Assembly: GCA_964035545.1 (NCBI GenBank)
Contig: OZ037765.1
Span: forward strand, 16,864,995-16,928,994
Length of the DNA: 64,000 bases
Reading direction: 5' to 3'
Source of the DNA: Bugula neritina
Taxonomy: Eukaryota; Animalia; Bryozoa
The translations under genes and the position numbers were made by a program. Position 1 is the first letter of the stretch. Each line of letters begins with the position of its first letter. The notes beneath the pieces are model-generated. The model saw only the letters and a program-made list of their open reading frames with translations. It was not told the origin of the DNA and searched no databases. Below are positions 52,301 through 64,000 of the stretch, piece after piece.

Positions 52301-55300
52301 ACATAGTTTGCTTTGTTATTAGCCCTTCATTGTAGTGGCAGCCATGTCTGTAACTACCACAACTCTAAATGATGGTTTAACCAAAATTAATGATAAAGAT
52401 AATTGTGTTATGTAACTAGACCACTTGAAGACCGCTATAAAGTCAGCTAGTTTAATATGCAAGTGATGAGTATACTTATACTAAGTCAAGTCCTTATCCA
52501 ATTAAAAACCACAGCTTTAGCGGTATGGATTGCAAGAAACTAAGCTTAAAATTTTGGCAATGCTAAATTTTATGACTGCCTATTGATAGAAAATAAAATC
52601 ATTGATCAGATGGCAGTGTAAAAAGTTTGGCATCAATTGAGAACAAACTTTAGGTATCTTATATCTGACCAATAGTATTGAAAGGTGGGTGCAGTAATAG
52701 AAAAATTGAGAAAAGCCAGTGTTTTAAATGAAAAATGTAGCAAAAAAAGTTTTTTCTCAAAACTTTCAACTCACACCCCAAACCAAAATGCATTAGAAAA
52801 ATTAATGAACTTGGGCTACTTCAATTTCTCCACTGCTGCATCTACATGAGTATTAAGTAGGTCTGCATTTACATGTAAACTGCAAATGATTTGTGATATA
52901 ATTTTTCAAGTCATAAATTATGATAACTAAATCACTTTTTTGTTTGGTAGGTATCAAGAATCCACCAAGTTCAGATGTTTAGGCTTACTATGTCAAGAGT
53001 TGCATTAAATTTTAGTTGCTATAAAATGTGAGCATGGCTGCATGATGAGAGGAAGGCATCTGAATCAGACTTAGAGCAGCTTCCCAGCAGCAATGAAAAT
53101 TACAACCCCTTTTAAACACATCTGCTTTAAGTCATTGTTTTCACACCAATTTCCAAACCAGGTCCAAGTTATTTATCAGCTAAAAATTTACAATTTACAA
53201 TCTCCAATTCATTATTAATTCCAGGCTTTTCTTGCCATTTGAAATTGGCCGACAGTGTTGGATTGTTTTCAAATCATAGCTAAATGAAGGTTTGATTTTT
53301 CAAATTCTCTTTCTTTTTATACTGATTTATGCTGCCACCACCACATAATGAGGAGTGCAACAATTAAATAATAACTGGCTGTAATTTTATAGCCCAGGCA
53401 TGCGACTAAATTTGTTACTACCATTCAATGACCTACAACACTGACCACTTTTTATAATGTGATATCTGTCAAAATTTATTATTATAGTTTGCGTTTTAAC
53501 CACCTGTTATGTGAACGGAAAACTTTGCCTATTAGTAAAGTTTTGAGGTTGTGTGGTGATAACTTTATAGCCATTTATTTATTGAAGGTAATCTACAGCT
53601 ATTGGTAATTGTGAACAATAAAGTATGCACATATTAATAAATTAAATAAAAATACAAATTAAAAAATTACTATGAAAATTACTCTTGAGTCAAACTTTTC
53701 ATTATTTATTCATTTAATAAACTGCCTTCTACTGAACTACTATTCATTACTTGAAATTAGAACAACGATAATTGTAATAGATAATTCAAGACATCTCCTC
53801 TGCATATCTATTACTTATGCAAAAAAATCTTTACAGAAACCTGCATTATGATGATCAACAGAGTAATGGCTGGTAATATACATCACTAATGCTGACTATT
53901 GTAAAAAGCATTATTTGTTAAAAAGAAGGAAGCTGTGAAGTTGTTTTACTATCACTACAAACGCACCTACAGGTGTATTATATAGACTTATCCTCACTTT
54001 ATTTACAGAGCCTGGCATAGTGGATTCTATGAATTATTAAAAATATAAAAATGTAACATGATAGAGCATATCCACAGATGTTTGAGCTAAAGCTAGTACA
54101 ACATTCTCACAATTGAATCATGTTGACTAGAGTGTGTACTTTCATTTAATCCGCAATATTCAAACAAGATAAAGTAAATATTACCAATGAGTTTTACATA
54201 CATAATGCAACAATATAAACTATCTGAGTTGTCTATTGTATGGCTTGAAAAAACATAAGCCACATTACATTATGCAGTGCTTTTTGATACCTTGATATTA
54301 TAGACTTGGTGTAATATATGCTCTTTTATGAACACAAAATTTCACATATTATATTATAAGCTAACAAATAAGAAAACCACTTTACCATATTATATATACT
54401 AACCCAACTAATAAATTAGGGACTGAGCCATTCATTCCTATCAATATTAGAATAGTTACGTCAACATAAAATACAATACGTTGAGGTAAGTTCGTCACAG
54501 GCTGTAGTTTGCATGTCATAATGATCCTATAATGGTTTTTACTAATAAATGGTAACTCAATTACTATGTAACTATGACTACTACAAGTGCCCTCTTCATC
54601 TTTTGAAATGTGATACATTTGAAGAGACTGATTGGCAAAGCAGAAATTGACAAACAAACAAAAACCTATGAAATTTATGGTTAATCAAAAGCCCAGTTAC
54701 ACAGAAAATAATTAATTATGATATTACGAATAGAAATATCAACAATTAGTAATTTTTTGTACAACTGTGGTGAGCATGGAAATAAACAAATATATTTTGG
54801 CCTAACAAAATGCTTAGCAGTTTTCAAGTATAAAAAATTTTAATTATATATTATTATATAATATAAGGATCACATTAAGTTCAACCTACCAATTTAAAAC
54901 TTTATTAAATCAAATTGATTTAAAGTATGAGTATTACCAACACTATCAGCGTTGAACCGCCTATTTTCAATTTTAATTTATAATTATACTTACAGTTTTC
55001 ATTATGTCTTCATCTACTTCATTTTCTGGCTCTGCCCAATCTACTGCTATTTGATGACCCCATAATTGGATTCGTCCAGGAATGAGTTTTCGACGTGCCA
55101 TGGCGGCAGCCCGGTGGCTATCATATTCAACAAATGCAAACCCTCTGTTTTTAGATTTGTCAGTTGCTGATGGATAAACTATGACATCAACAACTCCTTC
55201 TGTTACCTTAACCATTTCTTCATAAATTTCATCTCTAGCTTTAGTTTTTGGTATTCCACCAACAAACAGTCTGCAATTGTCTACGCTTTGACACACACCA

Positions 55301-55800
55301 AGAAATCTACCTTTCCTGATTTCATAATTATTCATCTCACGGACTGCTCGTTGGGCATCACCTTTGCTTGTGTACATAACAAAGGCATAGCCTCTGTTGG
55401 AGCCACTAAAATCCATCATCAACCTTAACTCATAAATCTTACCCATTGTCTCGAAAATTGGTACGAGCTCATCTTCATAGCAATCTCTGGGAATTCGACC
55501 TATGAATATTTCACAACCACGTGGGGGAACAGGACCTTCCCAGCCAGGAGGAGGGCCACCATACTTCCTTTGTCCATTTTGTTGCACCATGTTGTAACCT
55601 GTTCTGTCCATTAGATTCAAAAGTGCTCTTTCACTCGTTTCTGGGTCTTGCCTGTAAGGTGTGCTGTGATCAACTGTAGACAAGCGACTAAATTTTGAGA
55701 TAAGATAATCCGACGCCATCATTTCTTGTGCAAATACCAAGCAGACAATAATCTTGAAAGAGGCGTCATAATTGGCCACGTAAGTAAACTGCATTGCCAT
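40273..55800 (-). CDS. RBM47: RBM47/A1CF/RBM46-family RNA-binding protein (3 RRMs, RG-rich region, DND1-type dsRNA-binding motif)
   Basis: Exons ~55752-54994, 52128-51936, 48896-48757, 47062-46989, 46491-46320, 44622-44452, 43540-43427, 42207-42072, 41386-41090, 40364-40273. Diagnostic sequences [94 protein letters not shown]. Probably a co-orthologue of the vertebrate paralogues; 5' end uncertain. Confidence 0.93.
45464..45535. repeat. 16-bp tandem repeat, about 4 copies
   Basis: (CCAGAGTGTAGTAATA)n with variants. Confidence 0.85.
48950..49852. mobile_element. PIF/Harbinger-type MITE (903 bp)
   Basis: 35-bp TIRs AGCCCTGGCCACACGATCGTGAGAAT(C/G)ACACGAAA with 1 mismatch; TTA target-site duplication at 48947-48949 and 49853-49855; internal (TA)n tract; no ORF. 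Confidence 0.92.
52685..52845 (-). repeat. Dispersed ~150-bp MITE-like repeat, copy 3 (reverse orientation)
   Basis: TGCAGTAATAGAAAAATTGAGAAAAGCCAGTGTTTTA...AAATGTAGCAA is the reverse complement of the core; the other end is TCAATTTCTCCACTGCTGCA. Confidence 0.7.
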
Positions 55801-56809
55801 TTGTCAATTTATATCGACCGAGTTCAAGCTAGAAGACAACTCCGCAACAAAACAGTTGACGTGCACAATAAACTCCCCATAGAAACTCCGTTTATTGCAA
55901 GGATCAGTAAATGTTAGCAAATGGTAGTAACACATAATAGAGTCATTATAGCATCACCCCAATAATTGCTTGGCTTCGGAGTAAACAAATTTGGTTATTA
56001 AAGCCAGAAACCTTAAACAAAATTTAATAAGATTAGGCTACACATAAAAAATAACTTCAACAAGAGTGGACAAGCTTTTGGCAAGCAATTTATTAAAGAG
56101 AATATGTAGAAATACTACAATTACAGTTCATCATCAAAGATACCAAAATAACATTATGATACAACAACTATGTACAATAAATTGATTATATAAGAAGTCT
56201 TTCTATCATCTGTTGGGTTGTTGTTATGGCAGACTTGAGTTGAGAGCCTTCATTCACTGTGACGGAGCAAGCAATGACAGGTCGAGTTACACCACATGCC
56301 CTACCTAAAGCTTGTTTGGATCTCACAAACACATACGGCACATTCTAAAATGTATGAACAATTTTTTTAAAAATTTGATACTGGGTTAGAAAAATGGCGG
56401 AGGAAAAGTTTATTTGTCAAAAATATCCAACACATTTCAACATTGATATTAACAAATAGCAAGTCCAAAAATTTGTACACTGAAACAGCAGCATTCTAGT
56501 AACTAGCTAAGCCCAAATTCATTAGGCTACAGTGACTATTTTCATTTGAGAAAACATGATTTAGTTATGTAATATATATTTTGCTAACATCAACATATGC
56601 AATTAGCAAAATATGAGAGCAACACATTTGATCAAATTTGTCATTACAATGAAAGTTGTTTTAAACTCATTGTTCAAATTTTAAGGCAGCTAAACGACAA
56701 TACAAATGCACATAAACGATTTTAAAATAATGTTCAAACAGAAAAGCTAAGATGATTAATTTTATACTATGTAAAAGATGAATTAACAATGGTTTTACAT
56801 AATACAAAC

Positions 56810-56913
56810 CTTGTCTTCACACAGAAGCGGAAGATGCATAAGAATTTCCAGTGGCTCTGCATCTGCTGACATAACAATGAACTCTGAGATTCCACGGTTT
56901 AAAGTCTTGGTAG
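56810..56913 (-). other. Probable upstream exon of the RBM47-family gene (contains ATG at 56872)
   Basis: Flanked by acceptor gtgttttag and donor AAG|gtttgt; encodes [21 protein letters not shown] ending in phase 0. Confidence 0.5.
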
Positions 56914-57829
56914 CTAAAACACGTACATTGACATCAACACCAACAATAATCAGCATTACAAACAACTAAAATGCTTAGTTTACCACACTTATGAGATTAA
57001 TTGCAACAGCAAAAATAACAAAAAAGTAATTTCATAGCTGTGTGAATTTTTAGTATTCAAGAACATGTAAAATTAAGAAAAAGTTGATAGGTTATATAGA
57101 GTAGAATAAAAATATTTTGTGTCAAGAAATACTGTAAAATCTGTAGGTACAGGCAAGTGGCCATCAGCTATATAGTAAAAAATATTTACAGACTTGAAAC
57201 TCAAGAGCTAAAAGACAGCAGGAAATTATAGCATTTTTGTGGTGAAGATTCTAGGGCAAAGTACATAACTAAAAGGTTTAAATAGCCACAGCTAAAACTT
57301 GTTATTTAAATTTTTTTGTACTAAAAGTACCAGTTACAGAAAAACTTGAAAAAGCATGGTCTATACTTTTTACAACAAAACTCATTAGATTTAAAAAAGC
57401 TTTCCTTTACCAGTGAAATTAAGCAAAAATGACTATTTAATTCTGCTAAGGTCATTTATACCACAATGTTTGGCGTCATAATCAAGAACTACCTTCATTG
57501 GCTCCTTTACGCAACTGTTTGTAATTTACAGCTTGCTGTACTAGATCCAAAATTTTCTTTGTGAGCTCTGCATCAGCTAAGGGGTAAGCTTTAGGATTAA
57601 TTTCATCGCCCTACAATTTAGTTTCATTTGACATAGATGGCAAAATTAAAAACAATAAATATCATAACTATATCCTTACACCAGCAATATCTCAGACCTA
57701 GCTGAACTTGAAGCTGAACTCAATTTATCCAAAAAAAATTTCAACAGCTAATACTTCTTGTTTTATTTCCAATCACATTGGGATTGTCCTCATAAGTTTA
57801 CTACGATAAAGATAGTTTTAATTTTATTG

Positions 57830-58860
57830 ATACATAATAATACAAACTTTAGACATGGAATTAAGTTATATACTAATAGCAACAACAGTTAAAATAGCTG
57901 TAGAGATATCAGTATATATTTAATATAAATTAATTGAAATAGAATTAATAATATAAATATTATTTGATTAAATATAAATATTGATTATTTTAAATCAGTA
58001 TAAATATATTTATAATATCAATAACAAATAATTGAAGCTACAAATACAATTATTCATTTATTGAATGACATCACTCAAGTCTTGAAGTTAAACTTGAAGT
58101 TAATGATAAAACTAAATCAAAATGAAAATTTTCTGATTTTCATTCTCACCATGTTGATTTTAGTAGTTATGCTAACACTTGAAGTTGATGGTGGGATGCT
58201 ATATCCTCTCCGCTTTCGCTTCACTGAGGGAAGTGACCCAATGGAACTAGAATTCTTTGAGAAGAATTTAACTTTTAGTTTTATTAAAACTAAAATGAAC
58301 TTTAGGGACCGACTGCGACTTCTGAGTTATCGAAAATGGAAATAAAGATTAAGCACGTGCAAGGACCGCGTGTTTACCTACAGATAGTAAAACAGAAGTA
58401 TTGATCACAGTGCATTGTGTGAATTTACTCTCGGACTAAACTCAAACAAAGACGCGGTAGAAAGTAAGTTGAAAGCAGACAATTCGTTATTCAAATATTT
58501 TTTATCGAAAACTTACATCACGTGAACAGTGATTTCATGATAATTACAACTACACTCACTCTCACAGTCTCAGTCTCACACAGACACTGACTTTGTGATT
58601 GAGATTATCACTATGAATATGGTTCCAAAAATGGTATCTAAAGCGCTTTTAAGAAAACCCATCAAAGGCTTTAGTATCCCTAAGAAGTAATACTCAAAAT
58701 ATTTATATAGCAGTAGCCAACTGGTGAGTGCTACACTGATACTGATAGTGATTATCATTATTATTATATTTATAACTTATTAACTTTAAGTTTAAGTAAT
58801 TAACTATAACATTAACTGATTAAGTTTAACTACAACTATAAGTATTAGTGTAACATTTTA
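57830..58860. repeat. Degenerate period-6 low-complexity arrays flanking a more complex core
   Basis: TTGAAG/TTAAAC/CTAAAT/CTCACA/CTGATA-type hexamer runs on both sides of about 58330-58530. Confidence 0.6.
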
Positions 58861-59179
58861 GCTGACCATGGTTGTACAGAGTCATATTTTAATGTGGGTA
58901 TAGTTTCATTTACTGTTCAATATCAAAAAAAGTATGATAGTAGTTTTTCATTTTTATATTATAAATCGAATAGTATAAATAATAAATATTATAATGAATC
59001 ACTCGCCTCATAAACATTAGAGCGCTCTGGTAACACCTAAGGGTGCAAAATCCATGAGTGCCTTTTAGTCTAAGTATTGTGTCGTTTTTGTTTAGGTTTA
59101 TCATATGTTGAAATAAATCTGTTCTAGCCTGTAGCTAAGTTAAGTTTAAAACTTTTGAGTGATATGTATAAGATTTAGC

Positions 59180-60060
59180 ACATAGCTAAGCTGAGTTGGT
59201 GTTATGAGGTAGTATCCTTAACTCCCTGTTGTTTCGAGAGAAAAGCTGTTGTAAAAGGTTCGTGGGATGCAGAAATAGATGTTGGTTCTTCTCTCTTGAC
59301 AGATTGAGTGATGATAGCCCTTGTGAATTTAATAGTTCATCGTAAATAGGTGAAAGCTGTTCATGGCACTCTTCATTCGATAGTATCCTCATTAGAAAAG
59401 TTAATCTGTGGTCTTTTTGCAAGAGTTCTAAGCTCAAAAAGTCCAAGCATCACTGATGCCACATCTCCTTTAAGGTTGGCAATCAATCTGATGTCTTGGT
59501 TTTGGACATTTTCAATTTATTCACAAAGGATTTTGTTAGTTGGATCTTACAATTCGTCTGCTTGACAAGAATAGGCCTAAGAAGACAGGTATTTCTGCTT
59601 TCACATGAGCCTTGTTAGCTGTTTAATACAGTCAAGTACTTTGTTCGAATTGTTGATTTTACATATAGTATTATGTCTGTCCAACTTCAGATTAGACTGC
59701 ATGATTACACCAAGCTAGTTGGCTTCTTTACCTGTTTTGAGAGAAGTGTCACCAATTGTATATAGATGGGAGAGGTCATAATTTTTCTCAAATATGCTCA
59801 CTTTGCACTTATCAGTGTTGAATGGCATTTCTATGTGACTTTAGGTCCTGTCAAAAGCTTGTTTTTGTATCTCTTTGTCAACCTCAACATATATTGAGTG
59901 TGTTGTCCGCATATAGACTGCAGATTGGTGTAGATTAAGAAGAGTCTTGGTCTGAGGATTGATTTTTGGGGTACTCTAAATATAACATCTATTTCCCTAG
60001 ATTCCACCCCTTTGAGCATGGCTTTTTGTCTCCTGAATCCAGTTGTCAATTAATGGCTCA
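59180..60060 (-). mobile_element. Decayed CR1/L2-like LINE fragment (RT and 3' end)
   Basis: FRVPQKSILRPRLFLIYTN resembles the RT motif [20 protein letters not shown]; degenerate downstream ORF pieces to about 59190. Confidence 0.65.
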
Positions 60061-62352
60061 AGCCCATATGCTTTTTACACATGTTTAAGCCTCTATGAAT
60101 AATACAATTAAAAATACTTCTCACTTACTTCATGTTAGATATATTATTCAGAAGTTGTAGGGTATTTAAACTAGCTAATACAATCTAAAAATTTTCATTG
60201 TGGCACATTTTAATTAAAATAAAGTTAAAAGCATGACTTGAATCTTAGAAAAACCTAGCATTTAAAATTTAATTTTGTGCCAACTTTTACATGTGAATTT
60301 GAGGTTATGAAGAAAAAAAAGAATTTCTTTCAGGTGAAAGCAATTTTTCAATACCAGACCTTATTTTGGTTGTTTAATGTAATACTCTCATCAATTGCAA
60401 AATATTCTTCTAATTTTTGAGCCAACTTCTCCTAGAAATACTCATTTCATGGTAGCTAGTCATTCAACACCATCTTAACGTAATTTGTAACATTAACTTT
60501 TTAAAACAAAAACGAAAATAAAGCTCTATGGTTGGCAATTGCCAATCTAACAATATCAAAGTTCTCCAGTAGAGTGCCCTGCGTACGACCAACATTTTTA
60601 TAGAAAACACCAGCTTTGGGAAACCTGATTTATATAAACTTATTCTAATCCTGTTTGGGTTGCCGCTGTTTTTGTTCATTTAGGCTATACCTGCCAACTT
60701 TCAATTTTGGCAAATTAAAAAAAGATACACGATCCTATTGTCATTTTTAAACAGTTTACTTACTAGTAATAGTTATAACTGCGAGGTACTAAAATTTATA
60801 TGTGCTGCAGCAAAGGTAGTTAATTCAAATATTTGAAGCACAATAACTAAATACCTAGTGTGTTATATGCATGTATATCAACAGGTTATAATAAAAAATA
60901 TATTGATTATATCTAAAGCTGCCAATACGTTTGTAATATAGTCTAAATCAGTATAATAATAATTACACACACATATTTATATAAATATACATTTATTTAT
61001 TTATATATATTTTTAGTTTAATAATTTAGCTGCCCTTTGCTTATAACATCTCCACAGCAATTGTCATTAGTCAATGAAAAACCTTTAAATTTAAACAAAA
61101 AGGTTTCTCTGGTATTAGCCAACTTAAAATAGGAGGGTGTTAATTTTTCCATTTCATCTCCTCACTCATCATGAATAACACAATATATGATGGCTTGGTG
61201 GTTCTGGTTGTTGACATACAGTTTTGAAATGTGTAGGCTTGTAGGGTGTTGTTAGTTATCACATTGAATAACTTTCTCTGTCACTTCATGAACAAAGAAT
61301 GAGTTTGTGTAATTACTCATTCATAGACATTATCAGTGTTGACATGTTTCGCAACAAAGTTACATCAAGCCTAAATTGTTGGCTTGTTTACCAGTACTGT
61401 CATATAGCAGGAAGAGTTTGACTACATAGCTGTTCAAACTTTGGAGGGAGTTTTCAATACTTTAATTTCTAACAGTAATAAAACATGTTATTGGTAACAA
61501 CATTATAATGTATTAATCAGATGAAAATGTATGGGGTTGTTTTGTAATTTTCTGTGGAAAGTAAAGTACATTATGCCTGCCTTTTCATTATGTACATATA
61601 TACATACATGTCATGCACCTGTTAGTGCAATGCATTATTGAAGTTCATTGAATTAAAAGTTGTTTTCCTTGTCAATTCAGGTCATAAATATTGTTTCTAC
61701 AGATTTGTGCGCTGCTACAACTGCGTAGCATAAGTGTTTACTATGAGTGGGCTATGGATAAATCTGTATTATTGTTTAAAGAAAAAGAAACAAATACATA
61801 TATATTGTGCATATATACATTATATATATGTGTGTGTGTATATGTGTTGTGTTTAGCCGAGTATTTAAACTAAAAATGTATAATTTATGCTTTTTTACTA
61901 GAAATTTACGATAATATATGGTTTTGATGTAATAAAAATTAGAAATTCCACATCAAAATGTGGTATAAATGAAAGATTATCATTTTTTTTGCAAGTAAAT
62001 AATTGGACATAAAATTTTAAGCATCGGTTTTTGTTGCTAGCAAGGTTTGAAAGTATCCATCTAACTCTATTTCTACGTATATTTTTGTAATATGCTTATA
62101 ATAAAAAGCAAATTGCTGTGATGTATGCTATGTCTATTTGAATCATAATCAGCTTTATGTAAAGTGAAAGTCCTGAGCATCTTAAACTTCACTGGATGTT
62201 CTACTAATATGCAATGACAAGTTTGTAAAACTTAGTTTTAAGCATTTAGCTTGACAGAGATTCGTTCAAATGGATGTAGCTCATTTCATTCAGTGGATCT
62301 AAATAAAATGTTACATTTTTGTAGTGAAAGTGCTTAACCCTCTGATGTTAAG

Positions 62353-63770
62353 ATGGCCACCATACTCAATCAACCGGTGTGTAAGCAGGGGATCTTTAAA
62401 AAAGTCAAGGTAGATGCACTATATTGTCAGCTGTAGGCTTCTCACTCTCATGTTTGAATAGTCATCAGTTTTTTCCTGTTAATTATATCTAATAACAAGT
62501 ATCATGTTTACAAGTCACTGTTGCACTATTGCTATGACTTATGCCCTGTTCTTGCATAATGCTATATTAAGGCAAACTAATAAGTTGATGATGTAGAGTT
62601 TCTAGCACTTAGTAAACTAGCCAATAGTCTTATAGGTAATAGATTGAAACTGGGTTAACAATTTATTTAATCCTTGTGCAAAACTTTTAAACTAAACAAA
62701 TAACCTGTCCAGGTGTGCATGTACACTGCCCCCCCCCCCCCCAGTTTATTATACATTAGGGTTACTGCATTCAGTTACTAAACTAAGCATACTAATGGTC
62801 AATATTAATTTTGTCTTAAGTTGTGAGTCTGTAGCTTGAGTTATGTTTTGGACTAGAGATAGTTACAGACAGAGAATAGAAAAAGGCTGCATGCTGAAGT
62901 CAGGGGATTGCAACTCCATAATGATTGGCAAAATAAAATTGTATTGTGTTTATGCTTGATTATGACATTCATACTTTTACTACTAATTCAAATTTTCAGC
63001 TATGTAAGTTTTATGATTACAAGTTGTAAAAATTTATGGCTATTTTTTTCCGCTTGGAAATATTGATGACTGGAAAAATTGATGAACTGTATAACATTGA
63101 TATTCACCAATAATCACTCTGCTCACCAATTTGTAGCACAGCACAGTGCTTTCATTGGCTGATCAGTATTCTCACTTTATCTTATTCCGAATTTGATTGC
63201 TGTGTACTTTGATTTGGATGGAGTCTCGGGCAACTCGGGATTTGTGACATCATACAGCTAACTCATGGGGTTAGGATAGGATTTTATAGAAAAATCATGT
63301 CCTTTACAAGCCGGGTATTTTTAATTTATGTCAAATCATAGGGAGCAGCCTTGGTTTAGAGGTTAAAACACCGACTTGGTTTGATCCAGTTAAAAGGTCA
63401 TTGATGTTGTTAGTAAGGACATTCAGTCATGATTGCTCATTTTCTACAATAGAAAACAAGCTAAAAAAGACTCGTACCATCAGGGGTTCTCATAAGATGG
63501 TGACTATAAACACACAGGAGTCAAATCCTCATCAAACTAAGAGCTAGGTTGCATGTAGCCTTCTAGTTCAAATTTTGTGACTCTTTATAAAACTTCCCGT
63601 TTAAAACTGTCATTTCTGTATTTATAGCCAAAACTGCAACAGAAGTATTTTGTCCTACATCAAGATGGTGGACCTGAAAGCCCTGCTCGTCTTGAATATT
63701 ATGACTCTGTTAAAAAATGGGAAAATCGAAAAAAACCTAAGAAAGCATTCTATCTTAGTCAATGTATCAG
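62353..63770 (+). CDS. IRS1: Insulin receptor substrate (IRS/chico-like), N-terminal PH domain; gene continues past the window end
   Basis: Exons 62353-62409 (MATILNQPVCKQGIFKKVK) and 63628-63770 (PKLQQKYFVLHQDGGPESPARLEYYDSVKKWENRKKPKKAFYLSQCI). This matches the IRS PH signature FFVLR...PARLEYYE.EKKW. Both exons are missed by the ORF track. The symbol denotes the family. Confidence 0.85.
63344..63520 (+). mobile_element. Probable SINE remnant in IRS intron
   Basis: TGGTTTAGAGGTTAA (A-box-like) and GGTTTGATCC (B-box-like), followed by AAGGACATTCAGTCAT, which resembles AAGGTCATTCAGCCAT at 28189-28204. Confidence 0.35.
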
Positions 63771-64000
63771 GTACTACAAACTCTGTTAGTATGGGTTCTG
63801 TGTTGGTAATATAGCTATAAATTGTAACTACTTTAGTTGATAAAAAATTTTGTCAATTGGTCCAAGCATAATCAATAAATTTACCAACAAAAGGGACTCA
63901 CTATAGAGTTTAATTGGTTAATACAGCAATTTAAGAAAACTTGCCACTGCAGTATTTCAATGATATTAGATGACAGGCTTTCAACTTTTTAATTTAAAGG

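Noticed and set aside
58061-58758. Hydrophobic ORFs resembling membrane proteins
   Set aside because: Produced by period-6 low-complexity DNA that gives alternating residues.

Overview
AT-rich genomic DNA from a eukaryote, most likely an invertebrate animal, with short GT-AG introns. No prokaryotic features are present. Seven spliced protein-coding genes can be reconstructed by hand with phase-consistent exons. (1) The 3' end of an NF-kB p105/p100-type gene (+; ankyrin repeats, death domain, DSG degron). (2) A convergent ETS factor with an ERG/FLI-like ETS domain and no recognisable PNT domain (-). (3) A START-domain paralogue with a single N-terminal hydrophobic segment (-). (4) STARD3/MLN64 (-), its apparent parent, in tandem. 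(5) An SDS22-like LRR protein (+). (6) An RBM47/A1CF/RBM46-family RNA-binding protein (-). (7) The first two coding exons of an insulin receptor substrate (+). The window also holds decayed RTE, CR1/L2 and Gypsy fragments, a clean Harbinger MITE, other MITE/SINE-like repeats and microsatellites. The most interesting observation is a tandem STARD3 duplicate that replaced the MENTAL/FFAT endosomal module with a signal peptide or signal anchor, a candidate lumenal or secreted sterol carrier. Also notable are a UGA-CGG stop followed by 74 open codons in the ETS gene and a possible stop-containing microexon just before the NF-kB degron. All exon models are manual and lack transcript support.
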